Assembly (NCBI GenBank): GCA_965541615.1
Contig: CBEUCJ010000001.1
Span: forward strand, 3,754 to 67,753
Reading direction: 5' to 3'
Length of the DNA stretch: 64,000 nt
Origin: an uncultured bacterium
GTDB lineage: Bacteria > Omnitrophota > Gorgyraeia > Duberdicusellales > CBEUCJ01
Under the pieces are notes generated by a model that worked only from the letters and a program-made list of their open reading frames with translations, searched no databases and had not been told where the DNA came from. Of this stretch, positions 32,295 to 43,145 are shown in pieces (the stretch's first letter is position 1; every line of letters starts with the position of its first letter). The position numbers and the translations under genes were made by a program.

Positions 32295-32296
32295 GA

Positions 32297-33565
32297 ATGC
32301 GAAAGATTCTTTTTTCTTTTTTCTTTTTATTAGCCTCTCAAGGCTTTTCTTTCCAAAAAATATTTGTTCTTAATATCAACGATTATATCATAAATCCTAT
32401 CTGTTATGAATACATCAAAGAAGGAATTGAAAAAGCTAAATCTGAATCTGCAAAGTTATTAATAATCAAATTAAATACACCTGGTGGACTATTAGAATCT
32501 ACGAGAAAAATAGTAACTGAGATTTTAAACTCTAAAGTTCCAGTATGTGTGTATGTGTATCCTAAAGGGGCAAGGGCTGCTTCAGCTGGTGTTTTTATCT
32601 TACTGAGTGCAGATATTGCTGCAATGAGTCCTCAGACTCACACAGGAGCTGCTCATCCGGTTTTAGCTAACAAATCCTGGGGGAATTTAGATGAAGAATT
32701 AAAAAAGAAGATTATAAATGATACTATCAGCTGGATAGAATCTATTGCAAAGAAAAGAAATAGAAATGTGAATTGGGCAAAAAGAGCAGTCTTAGAGAGT
32801 GAATCTATAGATGAGATTAAAGCTAAAAAGCTTAAAGTAATAGATTTTATAGCTAAAGACCTAAATGAACTTTTGAATAAGATTACAAAACAGAAAAATA
32901 TTAAGTTAAATTTGAATAATGTAAAGATAATAGAAATAAAAATGACTCTGAGACAAAAGATTCTAAATCATATAATAAACCCTCAGGTAGCTTACTTATT
33001 AATGCTTTTGGGTTTTTTTGCTCTCTTGTATGAAGTTACACATCCTGGTTTTGGATTTCCAGGGGTTTTCGGAGTAATAAGTTTGTTATTAGCTTTTTAT
33101 GCATTTCAGGTCCTGCCTATAAACTTTGTAGGTATTGTACTCACCATATTAGGAATCCTTTTTTTAATAATTGAAATCTTTACTCCTACTTTTGGAATCT
33201 TTACTCTGGGAGGAATAACTTGTTTAGCATTAGGAGCTCTTATGTTATTTAATCAACCTGCTCCTTTCTTAAAACTCTCTCTAAAGATAGTCTTTCCAGT
33301 GATTATCAGTATGGGATTAATTACTCTTTTCCTCTTAACTAAAATATTTCAAGCACACACAAAAAAACCTTTAACAGGTTTAGAAAGCTTAGTAGGTAAG
33401 ACTGGTGTAGCTTATACTAAAATAGATAAAAAAGGTAAAGTCTTTATAAAAGGTGAGATTTGGGAAGCACTTTCAGATACTGTTATAGAAAAAGATGAAG
33501 AAGTAATAGTAGAAAAAGTAGAAGGAATGAGATTGAAAGTAAAAAGGAGGGGAGAAAATGGGTAA
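32297..33565 (+). CDS. nfeD: NfeD family membrane-bound ClpP-class serine protease
   Basis: N-terminal ClpP-like domain ([22 protein letters not shown]), multi-TM middle, C-terminal OB. Overlaps the following SPFH gene. Confidence 0.8.
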   Translation: MRKILFSFFFLLASQGFSFQKIFVLNINDYIINPICYEYIKEGIEKAKSESAKLLIIKLNTPGGLLESTRKIVTEILNSKVPVCVYVYPKGARAASAGVFILLSADIAAMSPQTHTGAAHPVLANKSWGNLDEELKKKIINDTISWIESIAKKRNRNVNWAKRAVLESESIDEIKAKKLKVIDFIAKDLNELLNKITKQKNIKLNLNNVKIIEIKMTLRQKILNHIINPQVAYLLMLLGFFALLYEVTHPGFGFPGVFGVISLLLAFYAFQVLPINFVGIVLTILGILFLIIEIFTPTFGIFTLGGITCLALGALMLFNQPAPFLKLSLKIVFPVIISMGLITLFLLTKIFQAHTKKPLTGLESLVGKTGVAYTKIDKKGKVFIKGEIWEALSDTVIEKDEEVIVEKVEGMRLKVKRRGENG

Positions 33566-34292
33566 ATGGATAATTTTAGGTTTTTTTATTCTTTACATTT
33601 TAAACTGTATTAGAGTCTTAAAAGAATATGAAAGAGGAGTAATATTTAGATTGGGTAGGGTTTTATCTACTCCTAAAGGTCCAGGGATATTTTTTATATT
33701 AAAACCTATAGACAAAATGGTCGTAGTAGACTTAAGGACTGTAACTTTGGATGTGCCTCCTCAAGATATCATTACAAAAGATAATGTGAGTGTAAAAGTT
33801 AATGCTGTAGTATACTACAGAGTAGTAGACCCTGTAAAAGCTGTAATAGAAATTGAAGATTATCACTTTGCCACTTCTCAAATCTCTCAAACTACTTTAA
33901 GAAGTGTTGTAGGTCAAGTTGAATTAGATGAACTCCTCTCACACAGAGATAAATTAAATACTTCTTTACAGGAGATAATAGATAGACAGACTGATCCTTG
34001 GGGAATAAAGGTATCTATTGTGGAGATTAAAGATGTAGACTTACCACAAGAAATGAGAAGAGCTATGGCAAGACAAGCTGAAGCAGAACGTGAAAGAAGA
34101 GCAAAAATAATCAGTGCAGAAGGTGAACTACAAGCTGCAGAAAAATTAAAAAAAGCAGCTCAAATCCTTTCTGAAAACCCTTTGACTTTCCAGTTAAGAT
34201 ACCTACAGACTCTGATTGAAATAACATCTGAAAAGAGTTCTACTGTAATTGTACCTTTACCCATTGAGTTTTTAAGAGGTTTTAAGTCTTAA
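33558..34292 (+). CDS. SPFH/band-7 (stomatin-like) protein
   Basis: [11 protein letters not shown]..., [20 protein letters not shown], and an A/E-rich C-terminal helix. Classic NfeD-stomatin pair. Confidence 0.85.
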   Translation: MGKWIILGFFILYILNCIRVLKEYERGVIFRLGRVLSTPKGPGIFFILKPIDKMVVVDLRTVTLDVPPQDIITKDNVSVKVNAVVYYRVVDPVKAVIEIEDYHFATSQISQTTLRSVVGQVELDELLSHRDKLNTSLQEIIDRQTDPWGIKVSIVEIKDVDLPQEMRRAMARQAEAERERRAKIISAEGELQAAEKLKKAAQILSENPLTFQLRYLQTLIEITSEKSSTVIVPLPIEFLRGFKS

Positions 34293-34317
34293 AAGAATAT
34301 CAATAAGGAGGTTAAAA

Positions 34318-35961
34318 ATGAAAAAGAGATTTTTTATCTTAATAATCTTATTGTTCTTTATTTTATTTTTAACTATTTTATTCAAAAAACCTTTGATTAT
34401 AGAAAAGTACATCCCTTCAAATCCTGTCTTCTATTTGAACATAGATAACTTAGATAAACATCTTCTAAAAATAAAGAAGACTAACTTTTACAAAGCATTC
34501 TTGAAATTTATAGAAAAAGATACGCACTTATCTTCAAAAAAGACCCAAATAGAAAGATTTATTTCCCAAATAGGCAAAAAATTTATCTTTGGTGTTTATT
34601 TAACAGATCCTTCAAAGATTAAGTTTTTAGGAGCAATTGAAATTAAAAACCCTGTTTTGACAAAGACTCTTTTGTATAATTCTTCTACGAGTTATAAATA
34701 TAAAGGAGTTAACATAAGAAAGATTAAATTTAATAGCTCTCAAGAAAAATCTATAGATTTTTTATTCTTTAAAAATTACCTTCTATTTTCAAACTCTCAA
34801 AAAATAATAGAAAAATGTATAGACTTTTATAAAAATAAATCTCTCAAAACGAGCTTTTATTATTCAGATTTTTTCAAAAAACAAATCTCAAAAAAACACA
34901 AGCCAGACTTTCTTGGATACTTCAAAATACCTACCAAAATAACTAAAAGACCTGCTTGTATATCCCATTTTCCTGCTGTTGAAAGTATGTATTTTGAACT
35001 CCATAAAGCAGGAAAAGATATATTTTTTCTCAAGAGGATCTCAGTAATAAATCCTTTATTAAGATCTTTTATAAAGAAAACAGAAAGTTTTTCTTCCTTA
35101 GAATTTATTCCTGAAAATGCTACCTATCTTGATATTGAACTCTTTAATTTTGAAACTTTAAAACCTTTTTTGCAAATGTTTACTTTTAGAAAAAAATCAA
35201 AAAAGATACAAACTTTCTTAAAAAAACTCTTAAATAATTTAGAAAATGAATTTGGAATTCTCTTTTTAAAATTAGCAAGATCGAATAAAATGCCTTTTAT
35301 CTTTCAGGGGTGTATTTTCTTCCAAGTAAAAGATAAAGAAAAATTAAAGAATATCTTAAATAACATACTGAATTCTGGTGTTGAAAAAGAAAAAAATACT
35401 TTTAAAGTTGAAAGTAATCCTTTTTCTTACAAAGGATTCATTATCTACAAATTGAAAGTGACTCCTAACATTAACAAACCAGAAAACTTTTTTGAAGTAA
35501 ATTACTTCTTCATCAAAAATTTTTTAATAATAGGAGTAGGAGACATCTATTCTGAAATAATAAAAACTTTTAAAAAAACCAATCCAAATATTTTAAATAA
35601 TTTTTATTTCAAAAAGTTTTTTAAAAAAGGAAACAAAACAGGTTTAATTTACATTAATTACCAAAACCTTAGAAGAACTGTCAAAACTTTTTTTAAAAAT
35701 TTAAAGGAGTTAGCCCCATTCTTAGAAGAAAATCTCTTAAAAAATTTGGAAATATTTTTTGCTACACCTTTAAAGATTTCTCAGTTCTCCTTTGATCAAA
35801 GATATTTTGAAGATGGTAAAATAATCTCTGTTAATTATTTTAATTTAAAAGACTTACCTTACAAAGATTGGCAAAACTTTTTCAAAGCTGCAAAAGAAAC
35901 TTTTTTACTTTTAGAAAAATATAAAAAATTTATCCTGCGTAGTAAGTTAAGGAAATTTTGA
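34318..35961 (+). CDS. Hypothetical membrane-anchored protein (N-terminal TM, K/F/N-rich)
   Basis: Long ORF with a single N-terminal hydrophobic helix. No recognizable motif. Confidence 0.4.
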   Translation: MKKRFFILIILLFFILFLTILFKKPLIIEKYIPSNPVFYLNIDNLDKHLLKIKKTNFYKAFLKFIEKDTHLSSKKTQIERFISQIGKKFIFGVYLTDPSKIKFLGAIEIKNPVLTKTLLYNSSTSYKYKGVNIRKIKFNSSQEKSIDFLFFKNYLLFSNSQKIIEKCIDFYKNKSLKTSFYYSDFFKKQISKKHKPDFLGYFKIPTKITKRPACISHFPAVESMYFELHKAGKDIFFLKRISVINPLLRSFIKKTESFSSLEFIPENATYLDIELFNFETLKPFLQMFTFRKKSKKIQTFLKKLLNNLENEFGILFLKLARSNKMPFIFQGCIFFQVKDKEKLKNILNNILNSGVEKEKNTFKVESNPFSYKGFIIYKLKVTPNINKPENFFEVNYFFIKNFLIIGVGDIYSEIIKTFKKTNPNILNNFYFKKFFKKGNKTGLIYINYQNLRRTVKTFFKNLKELAPFLEENLLKNLEIFFATPLKISQFSFDQRYFEDGKIISVNYFNLKDLPYKDWQNFFKAAKETFLLLEKYKKFILRSKLRKF

Positions 35962-36006
35962 ACTTGTTATTCTATTAGATTAATATACAAAAATACTCAT
36001 TCCTTT

Positions 36007-36738
36007 ATGAAGGAGAAAGTTTTCCTTCATAAAACAAGAAAGCAGACTAACATTTTTATCTATCTCAAAGGCAAAAATAAGTATATTTTAAAATCAAAAC
36101 TCTTAGGAATTGATAAAGAATATAAAAATTTAAATTTTCTAAAAAAAGAGAATTTCTCTTTTATACCTAAAACTTCTCTTAAAAAAATTAAGGGAGCAAA
36201 ATTCTTAGTTCAAGATTTCATAAAATCTTCTCAATTTAAATATACTTCTGAAAAACTTTCTCTCTTAGCCAAAACAATAGGGCTCTTCATAATATTTAGG
36301 AAATATTTTAAAGAATATTTATATTTTAGAAAATGCAAAAAATTTTTAAAATCTCTTCTGCAAAAAGAGATTTTTAAAAAAAAGATAAAATACTCCTTTA
36401 TCTGTGGAAATCTTTCTAAGGATAATATCCTGTTCGAAAAAAGAAAATTATACATTATAGATTGGGAAAAAACAGAATTTGGAAACCCTGCTTACGATTT
36501 AACAAGTCTTTTTGAAAACAAAGACTTTTCTGAAATCTTATTTTTAAAATTTTATAAAAAATATGTAAATATTGATGAAGAATTCTTAGAAAGAGTAAGA
36601 TTCTATAAAATTCTACAACTTAGTGTTATTACTTCCTATTACAGATTTAACTTCTTAAATGAAATTATCCCCTTTTACTTACATGCATTTCTGATAAGAA
36701 GATTAAATAGAATTGAGAAGAATGATAGATGGAATTAA
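36007..36738 (+). CDS. APH/CotS/choline-kinase-like phosphotransferase
   Basis: LYIIDWEKTEFGNPAYDLTSLFEN matches the IDWE..G.P..DLA motif of aminoglycoside-phosphotransferase-fold kinases. Brenner-like ...SKDNILF. Confidence 0.55.
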   Translation: MKEKVFLHKTRKQTNIFIYLKGKNKYILKSKLLGIDKEYKNLNFLKKENFSFIPKTSLKKIKGAKFLVQDFIKSSQFKYTSEKLSLLAKTIGLFIIFRKYFKEYLYFRKCKKFLKSLLQKEIFKKKIKYSFICGNLSKDNILFEKRKLYIIDWEKTEFGNPAYDLTSLFENKDFSEILFLKFYKKYVNIDEEFLERVRFYKILQLSVITSYYRFNFLNEIIPFYLHAFLIRRLNRIEKNDRWN

Positions 36739-37970
36739 AACTTAAACTGAAAGACTTTTCAATAAAATATATATACTCAAAAAAAATATTCTTCTCTAAA
36801 AAAATCATAGTTGCTTTAGAAGGTTATGTTTGGAGAAGTAATTTCAAAAAACTCTCTCCTCAAGAAATAGTTAGGATTTACAAAAAAAGAAAAAAAGAGC
36901 TACTAGAGTTAGAAGGAAACTATTTAATCTGTATAGTAGACCTTAAAAATAAACTTTTAGAATTTTATTCAGATGTATGTGCAAGCATTCCTCTTTATTA
37001 TACAATAGATAAAAGTTGTTTAATTTGCTCTTCAAGAATAAAAACCCTTATCAGAAAAACAAAGACTAAAGTAAACAAAAGTGCTCTTTCTTTTTATGAT
37101 AAATTAAGCTACATACCTCCTCCTTATACTATCTTTGATAAGGTAAAAAAATTAAAACCGCATTATAACTATTTTGATTTTAAAAGATTATCCTTTATAA
37201 ATAGAGAATACAAAAGCAAAAAGATGAGTCTATCTACTTGTATAAAATCTTTACAAGAAAATATTAAAAATTATTGTAGTTATTATAAAAAAATTGGAGT
37301 TCTTGCAACAGGAGGTTTAGATTCAAGTTTTTTAATATATTTGGCAAAAGATTTTAAACCTCATCTTTTCTTTGCAGCTATTTTGGATAAATCTCTTAAA
37401 GAATATAATACTTATTCAATTAAAAGATGTAAAGCACTGGCAGATAAATTTAATTTAAAATTTGATGTTATCCCTATTAAGAAAGAAGAATATGTAAAAA
37501 GATTATTTTTAGTAGTAAAATTAATGGATGAACCAATTTATGATGAGGATTTGGCTGCTGTATATACTTTGTTTTATAAAATTAGTAAATTTTATAAAAG
37601 AGAAGGACTTATTTTAAGTGGTATGGGTAACAATGAATTGTTTGATTTTCCAAAAAGAAACTTGAAGGAGTTTTTATTCAAAAAGATACCTGAAGAAATA
37701 AATATACATAAAAAAATAGCTAAATCTTTTAATCTTGATTTTTATGCTCCTTATTTAAACAGAAATTTAATAAATTATGCGCTTACTACTGATTTTAAAA
37801 AAAGAAAAAATAAAAGATCTCTCAAAAGATTTTTAAAAATAAAGAAGATATTAAATTCTGAAATTGTAACTCAACCTTCTCAACACACACTGATTCCTCC
37901 AAATTTTATACCTTTATTGTTTAACAAAGATAGTTTTTTAAAATTTTGGAGGAGATACAATAATGCTTAA
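36729..37970 (+). CDS. Asparagine synthetase B-like PP-loop ATP pyrophosphatase lacking the N-terminal Cys nucleophile
   Basis: IGVLATGGLDSSFLIYLA is the SGGxDS PP-loop. The N-terminal ~190 aa resemble a class-II amidotransferase fold, but residue 2 is Glu (MELK...), not Cys. Confidence 0.6.
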   Translation: MELKLKLKDFSIKYIYSKKIFFSKKIIVALEGYVWRSNFKKLSPQEIVRIYKKRKKELLELEGNYLICIVDLKNKLLEFYSDVCASIPLYYTIDKSCLICSSRIKTLIRKTKTKVNKSALSFYDKLSYIPPPYTIFDKVKKLKPHYNYFDFKRLSFINREYKSKKMSLSTCIKSLQENIKNYCSYYKKIGVLATGGLDSSFLIYLAKDFKPHLFFAAILDKSLKEYNTYSIKRCKALADKFNLKFDVIPIKKEEYVKRLFLVVKLMDEPIYDEDLAAVYTLFYKISKFYKREGLILSGMGNNELFDFPKRNLKEFLFKKIPEEINIHKKIAKSFNLDFYAPYLNRNLINYALTTDFKKRKNKRSLKRFLKIKKILNSEIVTQPSQHTLIPPNFIPLLFNKDSFLKFWRRYNNA

Positions 37971-39030
37971 CAATGACAAGCTAAGAATCTTAGGGATAAT
38001 TAAGAACAAGGCTATCATAGGACCAAAGACTTTAGATATTCTGATAACTTCTCAATGCAATTTAAACTGTCTATTCTGCACAATACATTCTCCTTACAAT
38101 TCTGAAAAAATAAAAAAAGAACATCTTCCTTTTACTATCCTCAAAAAAGTAATAGATGATGCTTATAAACTGAAGGTAGAGAACATAACTTTAAGTGGAG
38201 ATGGAGAGCCTAGTTTACATCCTGAGATCTGTAAAATAATAGATTACATCAAGAAAAAAAAGTTTTTTCTTAATATAAATACAAACTTAGTATTCTCAAA
38301 AGACATCCTTAAATGTTTTCTCAAAGCAGATAAACTTTCTATAAACCTAAGTGCTTATGATGAGAAAACTTATTCTCATATTCATAGAGGGAATTCTTTA
38401 TCCTTTTCTCAACTTATTAATAACTTAAAAATAGCCTCTGAAATTTACAAAAAAAGGGGTAAACCTTCCATTGTAATAGTCTATGTAGTAAATAGCCTCA
38501 ATTATAAACACATATTAAAATTTGTGAAATTTATAAAAAACTTTCATATAAGCCACATAGACTTTAATCCTTTAGAAGTTAGACCATTTATTAAGAGATT
38601 TGCTTTATCCAAGAGAAAAATAATAAACTTTTGTAAATTAATCAATAAAGTTAAAAATGAAATTAATTTCTACAACAATCTCATTGAGCAAGAAGATCTT
38701 AGTATAAGTATAAATAAATGTTACATTCCTTTCTTTCATAGCAGAATAGAAGTAAATGGAACTGTTGCTTTTTGCTGCAAAAATGAGAATCTTATTATTG
38801 GCAACGTATATAAAGATAGCTTCTTAAACATTTGGAAATCTAAAAGAGCAGAGGAAATTAGAAAATCAGCTATATTTGAGTTTGATCTTTCTAAAAGAAA
38901 ATGGAAAGTATGTCAATCCTGTGAGAAGTATCTAAAAGAACGTAATCTCCTAATTCAAAAGGAAGTAGAATTTTTAATGAACAAATATGGAAAAAGCTTT
39001 ATTGAGATTAATTGGAATCAAAAAAGATAA
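37963..39030 (+). CDS. Radical SAM protein, family A (SPASM/twitch-like C-terminal Cys cluster)
   Basis: ILITSQCNLNCLFC CxxxCxxC at residues 31-38. C-terminal ...CYIPFF...GTVAFCCKNENLIIGN...CQSCEKY. Confidence 0.75.
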   Translation: MLNNDKLRILGIIKNKAIIGPKTLDILITSQCNLNCLFCTIHSPYNSEKIKKEHLPFTILKKVIDDAYKLKVENITLSGDGEPSLHPEICKIIDYIKKKKFFLNINTNLVFSKDILKCFLKADKLSINLSAYDEKTYSHIHRGNSLSFSQLINNLKIASEIYKKRGKPSIVIVYVVNSLNYKHILKFVKFIKNFHISHIDFNPLEVRPFIKRFALSKRKIINFCKLINKVKNEINFYNNLIEQEDLSISINKCYIPFFHSRIEVNGTVAFCCKNENLIIGNVYKDSFLNIWKSKRAEEIRKSAIFEFDLSKRKWKVCQSCEKYLKERNLLIQKEVEFLMNKYGKSFIEINWNQKR

Positions 39031-40012
39031 AGTTCTAACTGGCCCAGAAAGATTAGAAATTGAAATAATTAACTACTGCAACATAAATTGTCTTACTTGT
39101 TGGTTTTTTTCTCCCTTGGGTTCTTTTTATAAAGAAAAACCTTGGAAGATGGAACTGGAAGTATTTAAAAGAATAATTAATGAAGCTAAAATTTTAGGAG
39201 TGGAATCTATATGTATTCCTGGAATTGGAGAGCCTACCTTACATCCAAATCTTCCTGAAATGATATTAGAAACAAAAAAAGCAAGACTTCCTCTCCATAT
39301 AGCTACTAATCTGACTGTTACTTCTAAAAGAATCTTAAAATCTCTTTGCCTCTGCGATAGAATAGATATTACTTTATTAGCGCCTACAAAAGAGCTTTAT
39401 AAAGAATTGCAATCTCCTTCTTGCCCTGAATATTTTGACCAAGTATTGGAAAACATTACTTACTTAAAATCCTCTCAAAATCCTAACAAAAAACAGAAAA
39501 TATATATTATGTTTATATTAAATAAACTTAATTTTAAATATTTTAAAGATATACTAGAGTTAGCCAAAAAATTAAATTTAGATGGAATAGAAATACAACC
39601 TTTTGATACGACTCCTTTTAATAAAAATCTTTCTTTAGATTATTCAGAAATTAAAAGTTTTATTAAAGAAAAAAATAAGTTAAAGAAAAAGTATCCCTTT
39701 ATTGAAGATACTTTTTTTGAAGAATACTATAAAAATAAATTTGAGAATCAAAAACTTAAAAGATGTTATATGGGATACTTTACACTCTTAGTAGGAATAA
39801 AAGGTAAAGTAAAGGTAGGTTGCTTTTCTCCTCAATCTCCATCTGCAGGGAATATATATAAAAGAAGTCTTACTGAAATCTGGTATTCTCCTAAAGCACA
39901 AGAGATAAGAAATGAATATAAATATAACCTTGATAAAATTCATAAATCAGAATCTCATTGCCCTTTTTTGACAAGAAATCGTAAAATATCAAAAATAATT
40001 CAATTTTTTTAA
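38987..40012 (+). CDS. Radical SAM protein, family A (paralog)
   Basis: IEIINYCNINCLTC. Its N-terminal LLRLIGIKKDKVLTGPERLEIEI parallels LRILGIIKNKAIIGPKTLDILI of the upstream paralog. C-terminal Cys cluster is partly degenerate (GCFSPQ). Confidence 0.7.
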   Translation: MEKALLRLIGIKKDKVLTGPERLEIEIINYCNINCLTCWFFSPLGSFYKEKPWKMELEVFKRIINEAKILGVESICIPGIGEPTLHPNLPEMILETKKARLPLHIATNLTVTSKRILKSLCLCDRIDITLLAPTKELYKELQSPSCPEYFDQVLENITYLKSSQNPNKKQKIYIMFILNKLNFKYFKDILELAKKLNLDGIEIQPFDTTPFNKNLSLDYSEIKSFIKEKNKLKKKYPFIEDTFFEEYYKNKFENQKLKRCYMGYFTLLVGIKGKVKVGCFSPQSPSAGNIYKRSLTEIWYSPKAQEIRNEYKYNLDKIHKSESHCPFLTRNRKISKIIQFF

Positions 40013-41013
40013 GTTAATATGCTCTTTAGATGGATCTTTTTAAGGAAGTTTTGGAAGAAAATAGTCTCTTTAAAATCCAAATCTTTATCTACAAATTTTG
40101 AAATCATTTTAAATCCCCAAGATACATAATCTCTATAACTTAATGGAGTTTTTAAGGAATCAAAATATTCTCTGGTTTTTTTTATGAAAAAATAAAAAAT
40201 CTTCTCATTTACTTTAATGCGTCCATTATCGAGCTTAAGAAAAGACCATTTTTTTCGCATATTTTCTGACAAACACAAAAAGACATCTCCAAAAAAGACA
40301 TAAAAAGGAGGATGTAAACTTAAATCTAATAAATTTTTCTTTAGACAAGGAAAATCTTCTTCCATAAAGATATGTTTAAGAAACTTCTTATTCTTAACGA
40401 TCTTGATATATTCTTTTTTAAAACATTCTATGCTCTTAACATCCCACTCTATTAAGGCAGAGGGGGTAACATCTATATTCCTTAAACCTAAATTAATCAA
40501 AAAAGAAAAGTTCTCACTAAGCCTACAGCTTTCTTGAGGATGGACGGTCATTGTGCAAGAGATATCGATTCCTTTTTCTTTGCACTTCTTAATATTTTTT
40601 ATTAACTTCTCAAAGGAATCTCTATCTATTCCTCTCCTATGTTTAGAAGTAGTAAAAAAATCTCCATCTATTCCAATCTCTAAAGAGATTTTATTATCTT
40701 TCAAAAAGGAAATTATTTCCTCATTTAAAAGTAAACCATTAGTTTGAATTCCTATATTAATCTTAGGAAATTTTTTCTTTATATAATTTACTGTCTTTTT
40801 CACTAAAGGGAAAAAGAGAAATGGTTCTCCTCCACTAATCTCAAAATTACAAGGAGTAGCTAAATTAGTTTTTAAAAAGTCTATAAATCTTTTAATAGCA
40901 GAAAAATCTAAAGTTCTGCCTCTTTTGTCCTTAAAATAGCAATAATCACAATTCAAATTACATTTCTCAGTTATGTATATAAAAACATTATAAACAAACA
41001 GGTTATCGAACAT
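40009..41013 (-). CDS. Radical SAM protein, family B (no obvious C-terminal SPASM cluster)
   Basis: YITEKCNLNCDYCYF...ISGGEPFL. Paralogous to 51939..52988, which has ITEKCNLNCDYCFF...ISGGEPLL. Confidence 0.75.
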   Translation of the reverse strand: MFDNLFVYNVFIYITEKCNLNCDYCYFKDKRGRTLDFSAIKRFIDFLKTNLATPCNFEISGGEPFLFFPLVKKTVNYIKKKFPKINIGIQTNGLLLNEEIISFLKDNKISLEIGIDGDFFTTSKHRRGIDRDSFEKLIKNIKKCKEKGIDISCTMTVHPQESCRLSENFSFLINLGLRNIDVTPSALIEWDVKSIECFKKEYIKIVKNKKFLKHIFMEEDFPCLKKNLLDLSLHPPFYVFFGDVFLCLSENMRKKWSFLKLDNGRIKVNEKIFYFFIKKTREYFDSLKTPLSYRDYVSWGFKMISKFVDKDLDFKETIFFQNFLKKIHLKSILT

Positions 41014-42184
41014 TCTTTCTCAAATCAATAATGTGTCTAAATTTTCCTGTAGAAGTTTTTGGCACAGAACCTTTATAAATATTAAATTCAAATATGTCCA
41101 AAATCCTCAGTCTTTCAGAAATGGCTTTTTTTATCTTTTCAATTTTATCTTTATCAGAAGGAGAAAGATTTATCAAAACCTTATCTTTATAAGTGTAAGG
41201 ATTTTTATTTATCAGAAGGAAAAAATGAGGATGTTTTAAAATGCCTTGAATAGTCTCTATTATCTCCTGTTTAGAAAAAACTTCTCCATCAAGAAGAATA
41301 GAATCATCTGCTCTTCCTAAAACTTTTATATATTTTCTCCTACCCCTTTTTATTATCTCCACTATATCTCCTAAAATATATCTTATAAAAGGCATACAGA
41401 AATTTTCTAAATCAGTAATAACTATTTTCCCCTTTCCTAATTCAGAGACACTTCCATCGTCTTTTAAAATTTCTATATACAAACCATCTTCAAACAGTCT
41501 CATATATTCATCTTCAGGATCATCAGAAATAGCAAATCCTGAGAATTCCATAGATCCGTAATTATTAAATATCTCTACACCTCCTATTTTACATATAATC
41601 TCTTTAAAATCATTGGATAAATACTCACCAGTAACGATGCATTTTTTTATACTATGTTTTTTACCAATTCTGCTAAATACCTCATATATCTCATTCACAT
41701 AACCTTCAATAACTGTAGGATGTAAATCCTGAATAACTTTAATAACAAAATGTAAATGTTGTCTTGTTTTAATCGAACCTACAGGAATTCGACAAACACC
41801 TATCTTCCCTAAAGCCTCATCGATTATTCGTGCTGCTCCACTTATAGAATAAGATAACAAATTTAAGAAACGATCTTTTTTACTGAGACCGGCAGTCTTG
41901 TATATTTTTACTTGTCTTTTTATGTGTGCATCAAAACTTTTTTTGTTTCGGAGAATGAAAAAAGAATTAGTTGTACTCCCTGAAGTCATAGTAACAAAGT
42001 ATTCTTTCCCACTTCTTAAAAATTGAGAAATATCATTAAAATCCTCTCGTTTTAAAAAAGGAATATCTTCGATTTTTTTTATTTTAGAAACATCTACCCC
42101 TTTTTTTTGATGATAAAACTCTCTAAAATTTTTAAGTAGAGTTTTAATCTTTGAAAAAATTTTACTATTGTAATCATAGGACAT
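41003..42184 (-). CDS. PaaK/CapK/F390-synthetase-like adenylate-forming ligase
   Basis: VTMTSGSTTNSFFILRNKKSF carries the T-S-G-S-T P-loop of acyl-adenylating enzymes. The layout is the ~390-aa short-form adenylating ligase. Confidence 0.65.
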   Translation of the reverse strand: MSYDYNSKIFSKIKTLLKNFREFYHQKKGVDVSKIKKIEDIPFLKREDFNDISQFLRSGKEYFVTMTSGSTTNSFFILRNKKSFDAHIKRQVKIYKTAGLSKKDRFLNLLSYSISGAARIIDEALGKIGVCRIPVGSIKTRQHLHFVIKVIQDLHPTVIEGYVNEIYEVFSRIGKKHSIKKCIVTGEYLSNDFKEIICKIGGVEIFNNYGSMEFSGFAISDDPEDEYMRLFEDGLYIEILKDDGSVSELGKGKIVITDLENFCMPFIRYILGDIVEIIKRGRRKYIKVLGRADDSILLDGEVFSKQEIIETIQGILKHPHFFLLINKNPYTYKDKVLINLSPSDKDKIEKIKKAISERLRILDIFEFNIYKGSVPKTSTGKFRHIIDLRKNVR

Positions 42185-43145
42185 AATTTAAAGCTCCCAT
42201 CGTAGATAAACATCCCTTGCAACCATGATAATTAATTTTCTTTATCATTTTAATACGGTTCTTAGTAAATTCATCCCAATTAAAATTCTCAATATTCCCT
42301 AAAGGAGCTGCATGCGGACAAGAATAAATCTCTCCTGTTGCTCTTATAAAGATTAACTTCGAAGGAGTGCAGCATTTTTTTGCTATCTCTTTTTTAACCT
42401 GTCCATTAGATAAATATTCATATAATACTTTTAGCTGATTAATGTTGCAGATAGGTTGTTTATCTTCAAATATTTTTTCTATCTCTTCTTTACATATTTC
42501 TTTCCAATTAGGATCTTTCTCTTTAATATTTATTTTTGAGTTATAATGATAGTAAGAAGGAGTATTCTCTGAAAATATTTCAAACTCAACATTACAACCA
42601 ATTTTTTTAGAAAGTGTATAAACAGAATAAATATCAGAAGCATTAAAAGGATTTATAACAAAATTAACAGTTGTATCTATTCCTCTTTTAACTAAAATTC
42701 TAATCGTTTCTAACACTTTCCAAAAAACTGGTTTACCCCGTAAGTAATTATGCGTACTTTCTAATCCATCTAGACTTACATTGAATGACATTCTTTCTAA
42801 GAATTCATCTGATAAAGAATATACAAATCTTTTAACCTGCAAAGGTAATGTTCCATTAGTAGTTATATTAAAATGTTTTATTTTGCCTCGCAAAATGTAG
42901 AGATAAAGAGATTTAAAAAAATTATTTAATAATTCCTCTTTAATAAATGGCTCTCCACCTGTAATACCAAGACAAGAAATACACTGTAAATTTTGAAGTA
43001 TAAGAGAAATAACTTTGTATAACTTTAAAAGATTAATATCTTTTTCCTTCTCTTTCCAAATATTACACAATTTACATTGCAAATTGCATTTATTAGTTAG
43101 CATTACTAAAACCCAAGGTTCAAATATACTATTTTTTCCGTGCAT
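42174..43145 (-). CDS. Radical SAM protein, family C (SPASM-like C-terminus)
   Basis: MLTNKCNLQCKLCNIWKEKEK...ITGGEPF; C-terminal CCTPSKLIFIRATGEIYSCPH...CKGC. Paralogous to 49915..50865 (ITNQCNLRCKICSIWKEKEK). Confidence 0.75.
   Translation of the reverse strand: MHGKNSIFEPWVLVMLTNKCNLQCKLCNIWKEKEKDINLLKLYKVISLILQNLQCISCLGITGGEPFIKEELLNNFFKSLYLYILRGKIKHFNITTNGTLPLQVKRFVYSLSDEFLERMSFNVSLDGLESTHNYLRGKPVFWKVLETIRILVKRGIDTTVNFVINPFNASDIYSVYTLSKKIGCNVEFEIFSENTPSYYHYNSKINIKEKDPNWKEICKEEIEKIFEDKQPICNINQLKVLYEYLSNGQVKKEIAKKCCTPSKLIFIRATGEIYSCPHAAPLGNIENFNWDEFTKNRIKMIKKINYHGCKGCLSTMGALNYVL

Noticed and set aside
36231-36455. 74-aa minus ORF inside the kinase gene
   Set aside because: Antisense; no RBS. 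The kinase frame has a clear motif.
36007-37970. Lasso-peptide cluster interpretation (AsnB-like cyclase + kinase)
   Set aside because: No B1/B2 (RRE + transglutaminase-like protease) genes and no adjacent short precursor. The DegT, PseG-like and CapK-like context favours a sugar amidotransferase role. Kept only as an alternative in findings.
40553-41239. + strand ORFs 40553..40747 and 41033..41239
   Set aside because: Antisense to rSAM family B and the PaaK-like ligase.
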